Assembly: GCA_964586025.1 (NCBI GenBank)
Contig: CAZPGF010000004.1
Span: 1-47,764 of the forward strand
Length of the DNA: 47,764 nucleotides
Reading direction: 5' to 3'
DNA from: an uncultured Planctomycetales bacterium
GTDB lineage: Bacteria > Planctomycetota > PLA2 > JAEUHO01
Shown: positions 18,285-26,783 of the stretch, piece by piece
Layout of the letters: every line of letters begins with the position of its first letter
Numbering within the stretch: position 1 is the first letter of the stretch
Notes under the pieces: model-generated
Databases searched by the model: none
The model's input: only the letters and a program-made list of their open reading frames with translations
Told to the model about the DNA's origin: nothing
Position numbers and translations under genes: made by a program

Positions 18285-19214
18285 GTGAAGCCCGCCCAAC
18301 CTCGCGGCCTGCACGCCGTCTTCGCCCTGCTTCCCGCGCTCACGCTCGCGCTCGCCCTCACCGGCGTCGGCACCCGCTCGCATGCGGACGCGACGCCGAC
18401 CGTGCACCCGGAATACAACCAGTACGAAATGTCGAGCAGCAAGCTCTGGCTCGACGACCGGCTCGTCGAGCATGCGCGCGTCTTCGATCGCTACTTCCAG
18501 GCGGGCCGCGACAGGCGTCACCACTCGTACCTCGTCACGGACGTTCCGGGTGCCGGCGCGTTGATCGTCAAGCGCCACGGACTTCGCATCCACCGTGTCC
18601 GCGCGGAAGACATCGTCGTCCGCGACGACATGACGCGCGACCTGAAGGCCGACGCGGTCCTGACCGAACTCGGCCGTGTGCGGATCGACCCGTCGACCCA
18701 GTTCCTCCTCTTCGAGTTGCCCAAAGCCGACGGCGCGGAGGGCGTCGTCCGTGGAGTCATGAAGGACCCCCCGGTGCTCCTCGGCTGGGTCGATCGCCAG
18801 AAGGTGATCGAGAGCAACAGCCGCTTCAACAAGGAGATCATGGAGTACACGCCGGATCAGGCAGCCCTGACCCGGCTCGCCGCGATCGGCGGCACGTGGC
18901 GGCTCGACTTCTACTTCAGCACGCGATGCCCCCGATGCGAACGCTACCTTCCCCGCGTCATCGCGACGACCCACACCTACCTCGCCCCCCTGCGCAGCCG
19001 GGATCCCAAGGTCACCGACATCCAGCTGCGGTTCTACGGCGTGCCGTACGGTCCGGGGTTCTCGAGTGATCCCGAGGTGCGGACGCACCGCATCAGCAGT
19101 CTTCCGGCCGGCATCCTGTACTTGGAGGGAAGGCCGGTTCGTCGCATCCAGGGCGGCGAGTGGGACAACCCCGCCGCCGTCCTCATCGAGGCGATGGAAT
19201 CCGCGACGCGCTAG
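18285..19214 (+). CDS. Exported thioredoxin-like protein
   Basis: Signal-like N-terminus after GGAGG; C-terminal FYFSTRCPRCERYLP (CxxC) and SSLPAGILY. Confidence 0.75.
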   Translation: MKPAQPRGLHAVFALLPALTLALALTGVGTRSHADATPTVHPEYNQYEMSSSKLWLDDRLVEHARVFDRYFQAGRDRRHHSYLVTDVPGAGALIVKRHGLRIHRVRAEDIVVRDDMTRDLKADAVLTELGRVRIDPSTQFLLFELPKADGAEGVVRGVMKDPPVLLGWVDRQKVIESNSRFNKEIMEYTPDQAALTRLAAIGGTWRLDFYFSTRCPRCERYLPRVIATTHTYLAPLRSRDPKVTDIQLRFYGVPYGPGFSSDPEVRTHRISSLPAGILYLEGRPVRRIQGGEWDNPAAVLIEAMESATR

Positions 19215-19857
19215 ATCCAGGAGGGGCGTCCGCCGGCCAGGGCTCTCCGCCCGTGAGGACCGTCGCGAGACGCGCCCCCCACCCGCCCCATCCGCGATAG
19301 CCGAGTTGCAGGTGATCAGGCGCGCGGTCGGGCGGCACGTGGTCGGCGGGCGGCGCGTTCCGGCCGAACCGGGTGAGGTCGAGATTCGACGCGCCGGGAA
19401 CGGCGATGCCGCGATAGAGCCCCGACCAACCCGGGCATCCGCGATAGCAGCCGTTGCGCTGGTACGCGCACCATGCCGTGAGCCGCGGCTCGTCGGCGGG
19501 CAACACGAGCCGCCGCCGCAACGTGTCGACCGGATCGAGCAGGGCGAGGCGCACGCGCAGGCGATCGGGGGCTTGTACGATCGTTCCGGCGAGCAGGGCA
19601 TTGGCCACGTGGCCCGCCGTCAGCGCGCCCCACGAGTAGCCGGCCAATCGGATCTCGATCGGCACCTGCTCCCCGAGGCACGCGGTGGCCCGGCGCAGGA
19701 ACCGCTTCGCTCCGCGGATGGCGCGACTCGGCAGGACGAGATCCGCGTGGGGCGAGACCTCGTCGTTCCAGCTGCAGCGCCGGTGGACCTGCCAGAAGCC
19801 GAGGAAGGCGAGTCGCAGCACGACCGGCTCGATCGGGACGGAGTTCGGCGCACGCAT
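19183..19857 (-). CDS. Putative alpha/beta-hydrolase-fold protein
   Basis: LAGYSWGA (GxSxG), LLDPVD, late DH; overlaps the 3' end of the thioredoxin gene by 32 bp. Confidence 0.55.
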   Translation of the reverse strand: MRAPNSVPIEPVVLRLAFLGFWQVHRRCSWNDEVSPHADLVLPSRAIRGAKRFLRRATACLGEQVPIEIRLAGYSWGALTAGHVANALLAGTIVQAPDRLRVRLALLDPVDTLRRRLVLPADEPRLTAWCAYQRNGCYRGCPGWSGLYRGIAVPGASNLDLTRFGRNAPPADHVPPDRAPDHLQLGYRGWGGWGARLATVLTGGEPWPADAPPGSSASRIPSPR

Positions 19858-19934
19858 CGCGTTCAGGTACCGCGCGCCACGCGAGGTGGCGACGTTGGGT
19901 CGCGGCGCGGGGCGGTCGGTGTAGCCTCGCCCTC

Positions 19935-21473
19935 ATGCACGACCCGCTGTTCGAACGACTGGGGCTCTACGACGATCCGAGGGTGACGTCGCCCGGCGCG
20001 GGCGACCTCGACAGCATCGATCCGGCCACCGGCGGAGCGCTCGCCGGCATCCGCTTCGACCGCCGCGACGGGTACGAGGCCGCCGTGCGTCGCGCCGAGG
20101 CCGCGTTTCGCGCATGGCGCGCGCTGCCGGCGCCGCGGCGCGGCGAGGTGGTGCGCCTGCTCGGCGACGCGATTCGCGCGCACGTCGACGACCTCGGCGC
20201 GCTCATCACCAAGGAGATGGGCAAGATCATCGCGGAGGGGCGAGGCGAGGTCGTCGAGTGCATCGACATCGCCGACTTGGCCGTCGGCCTCTCGAGGCAG
20301 TTGTACGGCCACACCATGCCGAGCGAACGCCCCGACCACCGCATGTTCGAACAGTGGCATCCGCTCGGCGTCGTCGGCATCATCACGGCGTTCAACTTCC
20401 CGATGGCCGTGTGGGCGTGGAACGCGACGATCGCGGCCGTCTGCGGCGACACGATGATCTGGAAGCCGAGCCTGTCGTCGCCGCTCTCCGCGGTCGCGTT
20501 GAACGGCCTGTTCCGCCGCACGATGAGGGAGCAGCGAATCTTCCGCCCTGCCGACGTCGATCCCGCCGACGTGTTCGGTCTGGTGATCGGGCCCGATGAC
20601 GAGGTCGGCGAAGCCATGATCGCCGATCGCCGACTGCCGCTGATCAGCGCGACCGGCTCGACGCGGATGGGCCGTCACGTCGGGCAGGTCGTCGCCGCAC
20701 GCCTCGGGCGCACGTTGCTGGAACTCGGCGGAAACAACGCGTTGATCGTGATGCCCGACGCGGATCTCGATCTCGTCACACGCGCGGTGCTGTTCGGCGC
20801 CATCGGCACGGCCGGTCAGCGCTGCACGACGACGCGTCGCCTCCTCGTGCACCGCGAGGTCGCCGACGAGGTCACGCGCCGCCTGGTCCGCGCGTACGCC
20901 GACGTGCGGATCGGCGATCCGCTCGATCCCGAGGTGCTGATGGGGCCGGTCATCGATCGGCGGGCGATCGACGCCCTGCGGCACGCGATCCGCGAGGCCG
21001 TCGCGGCGGGCGGCAAGGTCCTCGCGGGCGGCATCGAGGCCATCGATTGATTCGCCAACCGACCGGGCCACTTCGTCCCGCCGACCCTCGTGCTGATGCC
21101 CGACGGGCCGACGGCGGCGATCGTCCGCGAGGAGACGTTTGCGCCCCTGCTCTACGTCCAGGTCGTCGGCTCGCTCGACGAGGCCATCGCGCGCAACAAC
21201 GAGGTCGATCAAGGGCTTTCGAGCGCGATCTTCACGAACGGCGTGCGGGCGGCGGAGCGCTTCCTCTCGGCGGCGGGATCCGACTGCGGCATCGCGAACG
21301 TGAACATCGGGACGTCCGGGGCCGAGATCGGCGGTGCGTTCGGGGGGGAGAAGGACACCGGCGGCGGGCGCGAGGCGGGCTCGGACGCCTGGAAGGCGTA
21401 CATGCGGCGCCAGACGTGCACCGTGAACGGCGGTGCCGACCTGCCGCTCGCTCAGGGCATCACCTTCGGATAG
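19935..21473 (+). pseudogene. Aldehyde dehydrogenase (ALDH7 / aminoadipate-semialdehyde dehydrogenase-like) with an in-frame TGA at 21048-21050
   Basis: ITAFNFP, ISATGS, ELGGNNA, GTAGQRCTT; the same frame continues after the stop with [41 protein letters not shown]. Confidence 0.85.
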
Positions 21474-21628
21474 AGCCGCCGCGCCCGGGCTCGACCGGAC
21501 CCGGGCTCGTTCGGGGATCGGCCCGGGGCCACCGAACCGCCCCGCGGGGTGCCGAGTTCGCGTCTCGGATCGTCGGCTTGTCCCGACCCGCAACACCGGC
21601 CCTCGTTGCCCTCCCGCGGCGATGCCGA

Positions 21629-22660
21629 CTACAAGCCGCCGTGATCGGAGGCCGTACGCCAGACCAGATGGAGGTGGTCTCCCGAGTCGCGATGCTCCGC
21701 GGCGAAGCGCGGCCCGGCGATCTCGACGTGATGGGCGGAGGTCGCGCGCGGGTCGCCGCGGACCCGAATGCGCACGCCGTGGAGATCGGACGGCGTGCGC
21801 GGCCGATCGGGATCCCCTTCCAGCGCGTCGAAGGGATACGTTGCGATCCACTTGAGCAACAATGCCTGCTGGGTGGCCGAGAGGGTCTCCGCGGCGAGTC
21901 CGCCCGGGGGCGGCGCGATGCGCGCACGGCCGGGCTGCATGGCGATGTCGCCGGGAACCCGGGAGCCCCCGTAGACGGCGGCGCGTTGGGTCGCGTCGAG
22001 GGCGCCGTGGAACGCGCGCCACGCGGCCAACGTGACGCGAGCGACATGCCCTCCGTCGGCGGACGCATTCGCGGGATCGCCTCCGAGGAACGCCGGCGAC
22101 GCACCGACGAGTCGTCCTCCTGCATACGTGAGGTGGATCGAGAGATGGTGGCCATCGAGCCGCCACGACCACGGCTCGCTGGCCGAGGGTTCACCGAAGA
22201 CCGCGAGGTGGTAACGGCCCGGGTCACGCCAGGTCGAATCCCGGCGCCGCGCGCCGGGCGAGAGCGCGGCCTGCAGCAGGCGTTCGCGCAGGAGGACCGC
22301 TCCGATCCGTCGCAGTCCTTCGGGCCCGAGGCCGCTGCGCCAGAGCACGTCGGCGGCGGCGCGCTGTTCCGCCGTCATGTCACCGACCGCGAGCCCGCTG
22401 CGCGCCCCCGGGCGATACTCCCACTCGAAGCGCAGCGGCGATCCGAACGGGTGGGATGCGACGCGCCGCCGCGCCGGATCGAGCGCGTCGAGGAAGCCGC
22501 GTGCGGCGAGCACCGGATCGGGGACGAACGTCGGTTTGCCGTCCGCGCGCGCGTACGGCGGGAGCACTCCGGACAAGACGACCGCCGCGAGACCGAGGGC
22601 GAGGAGGGTGCGCACCGACCCGAGCGTATCCGCCGAGGGAGTCACTGACCCGACCGGCAT
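21629..22660 (-). CDS. DUF3500-like exported protein
   Basis: Signal peptide; FEWEYRP, GLAVGDMTAEQR, YHLAVFGEPS, WSWRLDGHHLSIH; start ATG 22660 or GTG 22615. Confidence 0.8.
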   Translation of the reverse strand: MPVGSVTPSADTLGSVRTLLALGLAAVVLSGVLPPYARADGKPTFVPDPVLAARGFLDALDPARRRVASHPFGSPLRFEWEYRPGARSGLAVGDMTAEQRAAADVLWRSGLGPEGLRRIGAVLLRERLLQAALSPGARRRDSTWRDPGRYHLAVFGEPSASEPWSWRLDGHHLSIHLTYAGGRLVGASPAFLGGDPANASADGGHVARVTLAAWRAFHGALDATQRAAVYGGSRVPGDIAMQPGRARIAPPPGGLAAETLSATQQALLLKWIATYPFDALEGDPDRPRTPSDLHGVRIRVRGDPRATSAHHVEIAGPRFAAEHRDSGDHLHLVWRTASDHGGL

Positions 22661-22792
22661 GTCTCGTCGCCGATGGGGCGAGCGGCCGCCGCGTCGGGAT
22701 CGTGCGGACCTCGCCACCTCGCCCGCCGCGGCGACCTTCGGCACCCGGACGCGCCTCCGCGGCGATTGGGCCGCACGGGTAGTCTCTCCGCC

Positions 22793-23383
22793 ATGCCCTC
22801 GACCGCCCTCGCTGTCGCGCCGCCCGTCGTCGTCGGGGGCGTCGTCGCGATCCTTCTCCTCCTCGGTTTCGTCCTCCTCTTCAATCGCCTCGTGACGTTG
22901 CGCAACCGGGTGAAGGAGAGCTTCGGTGGCATGGACGTGCAGTTGAAACGGCGTCACGATCTCGTGCCGAACCTGGTCGAGGCGGTCAAGGGCTACGCTC
23001 GCCACGAGCGGACGACCCTCGAAGAGGTCGTCGCCGCACGGGCCGAGGCGAGTGCCGCCACCAGGATCCCCGATCGCGAGACGCGGGAAGCGGCGCTCGG
23101 CGGCGCGGTCCGCAAACTGATGCTGCTCGCCGAGGCGTACCCCGACCTGAAGGCCGACCGCTCGTTCCGGTCGTTGCACGACGACCTCGTCAAGATCGAA
23201 AACGACCTGCAGTACGCGCGGCGGTACTACAACGGCACCGTTCGCGACTACAACACGGCGCAGCAGCGCTTCCCGGCCCTCCTCGTGGCGAGGTGGCTCG
23301 GGCACACCGAAGCGCAGCCCTTCCAACTCGACGCCGAGTCGGAGCGCGCCGCGCCGAGCGTTTCGCTCGGAGACGCCCCATGA
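22793..23383 (+). CDS. lemA: LemA family protein
   Basis: N-terminal TM; QLKRRHDLVPNLVEAVKGYARHE, AEAYPDLKAD, ARRYYNGTVRDYN. Confidence 0.95.
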   Translation: MPSTALAVAPPVVVGGVVAILLLLGFVLLFNRLVTLRNRVKESFGGMDVQLKRRHDLVPNLVEAVKGYARHERTTLEEVVAARAEASAATRIPDRETREAALGGAVRKLMLLAEAYPDLKADRSFRSLHDDLVKIENDLQYARRYYNGTVRDYNTAQQRFPALLVARWLGHTEAQPFQLDAESERAAPSVSLGDAP

Positions 23384-25137
23384 CGCGAACGGCGCGTCTC
23401 GCCGGGTCGCTCCTCCTCCTGGCCGTCGCGGGCGTGGCCTTCGCGCGCGCCGCGGAGGCGCGCCGCTACGGCGTCGAGCGTTTCGCCGCCGAGATCGTCG
23501 TCGGCGAGGACGGCACCCTGCACGTCACCGAGCGAATCACGTTTCGCTTCGAGGGGCGCTTCGGCGGGGTCTACAGGATCATTCCGTACGGCGTGGAGCC
23601 GTCGTGGTGGTTGCACGGCCTGATCGACGTGAGGCCGGTCTCGATCGAGGACGCGAGCGGCGCGCCTCTCGACTTCGATGCGGATCGCGCACGCGGGAAG
23701 ATCCGCTTTCGGATCCCCCTTCCGGGGGCGCAGGACACGACGAAGACGATCGTCCTGCGCTACGCGGTCCGTCATGCCATCCGCAGCCACCGTTCGAAGG
23801 ACGCCGAGTTCGCGGTCTACGACGAGGTGTACTGGAACGTCACGGGCAATGCGTGGGAGGTACCGATCGCGCTGGCCGAGGTGCGCGTTCGCCTGCCCGC
23901 GTCGATCGCCGCGTCCGAGCTCCGCGTCGGCGCGTACACCGGCCTCTACGGAGGTCGTTCGGTGGACTACACGGAACAGGTCGACGAGGACGGCTCGATC
24001 GTGTTTCGTACGACGCGCCGGCTGCTGCCGAACGAAGGGCTCACGATCAGCGTCGCGTTTCCGCCCGGCCACGTGCGCTATCCGGGGTTCCTGGCCCGCA
24101 CGTCGGCGCTGGTCCGCGCGAACTGGGTCGTGCTCCTCCCGCTGATCGCCGCCCTCCTCTGGTTCCTGCGCTGGTGGTTCCGGGGTCGCGACCCGCTGAA
24201 CCGTTCGATCGTTGCGGAGTTCGCGCCGCCGGGCGGCCTCCCGCCGACCGAGGCGGGCGCCTTGATGGACGACACGGTGGACCCCCGCGACCTGTCGGCG
24301 GCGTTCATCGACTTCGCGGTGCGCGGCATCCTCACGATCGAGGGAGCCGAGGAACGCACGTCGATGCGCTTCCACCTGAATCGCGAGGCCAAGGACGCAG
24401 CGACGCTGCAGGCCTGGGAGCGCGAGTTGCTCGACGGCCTGTTCGGCACGAACGACTCGGTGGACATGGAGGAGGTCGAGACGGACCTGCCGAACCGCGT
24501 CCTCGACGTTCGTTCGAAGTTGTTGAGTCGCCTGGTCGAGCGCGGGCTCTACCCGCGCCGTCCGGACCATGTCGCCAGCGGCTGGATCGGATTCGCCATC
24601 GCCGTACTCGTCGGCCTCGGCGTGCTCGGCGCCGCCCTCGATGCGCCGCCGATCCACTACGCGGCGATCGTCCTGGCAGCGTTCGTGATGATCCCGTTGA
24701 GCAACCTCATGCCCCGTCGCACGAGGACCGGACTCGACATGCTGGCGCGGCTGCGTGGACTCGAGGACTACCTGGCGACGGCCGAACGGGAACGCATGAA
24801 GCACATGCCGCTCGACGTGCTCGAGCGGCTGCTCCCCTTTGCGGTCGCCTTCGGCGTCCACGAGCGGTGGGCCGAACGGTTGGACGATCTCTTTCACTAC
24901 GCTCCGTCGTGGTACCGGGGCACCGGCGACCCGCACGGTTGGCGCAACGCCCTCCTCTGGACGGACCGAACGGTCCGTGTCGGCAGCACCCCGCCGTCCC
25001 GCGTCTCGTCGAGCCGGGCCGGCCCCGGAGGGTGGGGAAGCCGATGGGGTAGCGGGACCTGGAGCGGGGGCTCGGGCTACGGAGGCGGGGGGTTCAGCGG
25101 CGGCGGGTTCGGCGGCGGCGGCGGCGGCGCCTGGTAG
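23380..25137 (+). CDS. DUF2207 membrane protein with Gly-rich C-terminus
   Basis: ATGA overlap with lemA; HVTERITF, VYWNVTGNAW, LLPFAVAFGV, terminal GGGFSGGGFGGGGGGAW. Confidence 0.9.
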   Translation: MTRTARLAGSLLLLAVAGVAFARAAEARRYGVERFAAEIVVGEDGTLHVTERITFRFEGRFGGVYRIIPYGVEPSWWLHGLIDVRPVSIEDASGAPLDFDADRARGKIRFRIPLPGAQDTTKTIVLRYAVRHAIRSHRSKDAEFAVYDEVYWNVTGNAWEVPIALAEVRVRLPASIAASELRVGAYTGLYGGRSVDYTEQVDEDGSIVFRTTRRLLPNEGLTISVAFPPGHVRYPGFLARTSALVRANWVVLLPLIAALLWFLRWWFRGRDPLNRSIVAEFAPPGGLPPTEAGALMDDTVDPRDLSAAFIDFAVRGILTIEGAEERTSMRFHLNREAKDAATLQAWERELLDGLFGTNDSVDMEEVETDLPNRVLDVRSKLLSRLVERGLYPRRPDHVASGWIGFAIAVLVGLGVLGAALDAPPIHYAAIVLAAFVMIPLSNLMPRRTRTGLDMLARLRGLEDYLATAERERMKHMPLDVLERLLPFAVAFGVHERWAERLDDLFHYAPSWYRGTGDPHGWRNALLWTDRTVRVGSTPPSRVSSSRAGPGGWGSRWGSGTWSGGSGYGGGGFSGGGFGGGGGGAW

Positions 25138-25253
25138 GGAGTCCCGACGGCGGCGCCGGACGGGACGACTCCCACCCCCGTTTGCGAGCCGTGCAGGGCC
25201 GCTTCGGGCGGATCGGGATAGGCTCGGCGGTGGCCTGTGCTCCGGAGGACCCC

Positions 25254-26780
25254 ATGCGCATCCGCCTCGCTCTTCTCGCCCTGCTCGCTCTCGGCCTGAT
25301 GCCGCTCGGCGCGCGGACCGCCGCACCGGCGCCCGTGGACGCCCAGGTCGGCCAGACGCGAACCACGTGGAACAAGCAGGGGACGTCGCTGCGCCAGACG
25401 CCGGCATCGCTTGGCGCGGTCGTCGCGACGTTGCCGGCCGGCACCGCGGTGCGGGTGGTCGAAGTGCGGCTGCCGTGGCTGAACGTCCAAGCCCCACAGG
25501 GCGCTGGCTGGGTGCTCGCCCTCGACACGATCGAGCCCTCGGCCCTCGGCGCGAACACCCCGCCTCCCGCGGGCGGCGGCAGCGGCGGCGTCAGCAGCCG
25601 CGACGTCAGCGCGGTCGGGCGGCAGTTCGACGCCTCGATCGAACGCGGCTACCGGCAGCGGTACAGCAACCTCGAAGTCGGCTACGCCCACGTCGACGAA
25701 CTCGAGCGGGCCACGGCGCAACTCGACCCGATGGACGCCGTCGCCTTCATCATCGAGGGTCGCCTCGGGAGGCGAGGTCGGGACTTCGATCGCCCGGCCC
25801 GCCTGCCGCCGTCGCCGCTCCCGAAGGCCCGCGCGGCGTCGCGTAGCCGGCCGAGCAATCCCCTCGGCGGTCCGCTCGGCGGGTTCTTGAAGGACAAGAT
25901 CAAGGACAAGTTGGACGTGGACGGCGACATCCTCGACGTCGCCGTGACCGGCCTCTCGGAACTCGGCGCATACCACGACGAAATCAGCAAACGGTTCAAC
26001 CCGGACCAGGAGTACTACCTCGGTCGGGCGGTCGCGGCAACCGCGATCGCGAAGTACGGGATCGATCCCGACCCGCGGCGTCGCGAGTACGTGCGCCTCA
26101 TCGGAGAGGTGATCGTGCGCGTGTCGGAGCGGGTTCCGGCGAATCGCGGCGGATACCACTTCGAGGTCTTGAACAGCGACGAGGTGAACGCCGTCAGCGG
26201 TCCCGGAGGATTCGTTCTGATCACCCGCGGGGCCGTCGAGGCCTGTGCGTCCGAGGACGAGCTTGCAGGAATCCTGGCGCATGAGCTCGCGCACGTCACC
26301 AAGAAGCACGGCGAGGCGACGCTGCGAAACAGCAAGTCGTTCCAGACCGGCCTGCAGGCGCTCGGACGGACCGCGACGGCGGCGCTCGGACTGGACGACG
26401 ACCGCGTCCTCGGACCGCTGCTCGACCTGTTCGACAAGGCCGTCGGTGAGTCCGCGCGCATCTCCATGGAAGCGAGCTACGGCAAGGATCTGGAACTCGA
26501 GGCCGACGCCGAAGGCACGCACCTCCTCGCGGACGTCTTCTACGACCCCCACGCCCTGCGGTCGTTGCTCGCACGCAACATGGGAACCCACGGCGGCCGC
26601 GGCAGCCATACCCACGATGCCCCCGCAGTTCGCGCGGGCCGCCTCGGCGGGATCCTCGGACGGTTTGCGAGCGTGCAGATTCCGCCCTTCGCGCGAGCGA
26701 GCCGGGACGAGCGCTTTGCCCGGTGGATGGGGCGCGCGGCGCCGACCCCCGCGCCGTCGCCGGTTCCCGTCCCGCGCTGA
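25254..26780 (+). CDS. Exported SH3b-like domain fused to an M48 metallopeptidase
   Basis: Signal peptide; LRQTPAS...WLNV...GWV; NAVSGPGG, ELAGILAHELAH (HExxH), ELEAD. Confidence 0.85.
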   Translation: MRIRLALLALLALGLMPLGARTAAPAPVDAQVGQTRTTWNKQGTSLRQTPASLGAVVATLPAGTAVRVVEVRLPWLNVQAPQGAGWVLALDTIEPSALGANTPPPAGGGSGGVSSRDVSAVGRQFDASIERGYRQRYSNLEVGYAHVDELERATAQLDPMDAVAFIIEGRLGRRGRDFDRPARLPPSPLPKARAASRSRPSNPLGGPLGGFLKDKIKDKLDVDGDILDVAVTGLSELGAYHDEISKRFNPDQEYYLGRAVAATAIAKYGIDPDPRRREYVRLIGEVIVRVSERVPANRGGYHFEVLNSDEVNAVSGPGGFVLITRGAVEACASEDELAGILAHELAHVTKKHGEATLRNSKSFQTGLQALGRTATAALGLDDDRVLGPLLDLFDKAVGESARISMEASYGKDLELEADAEGTHLLADVFYDPHALRSLLARNMGTHGGRGSHTHDAPAVRAGRLGGILGRFASVQIPPFARASRDERFARWMGRAAPTPAPSPVPVPR

Positions 26781-26783
26781 CGC

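Noticed and set aside
21048-21050. Selenocysteine or genetic-code reassignment at the ALDH TGA
   Set aside because: The position is not the catalytic Cys, and TGA ends many intact genes in this window.
25072-25130. GGC-rich tandem repeat
   Set aside because: Simply encodes the normal Gly-rich tail of the DUF2207 protein.
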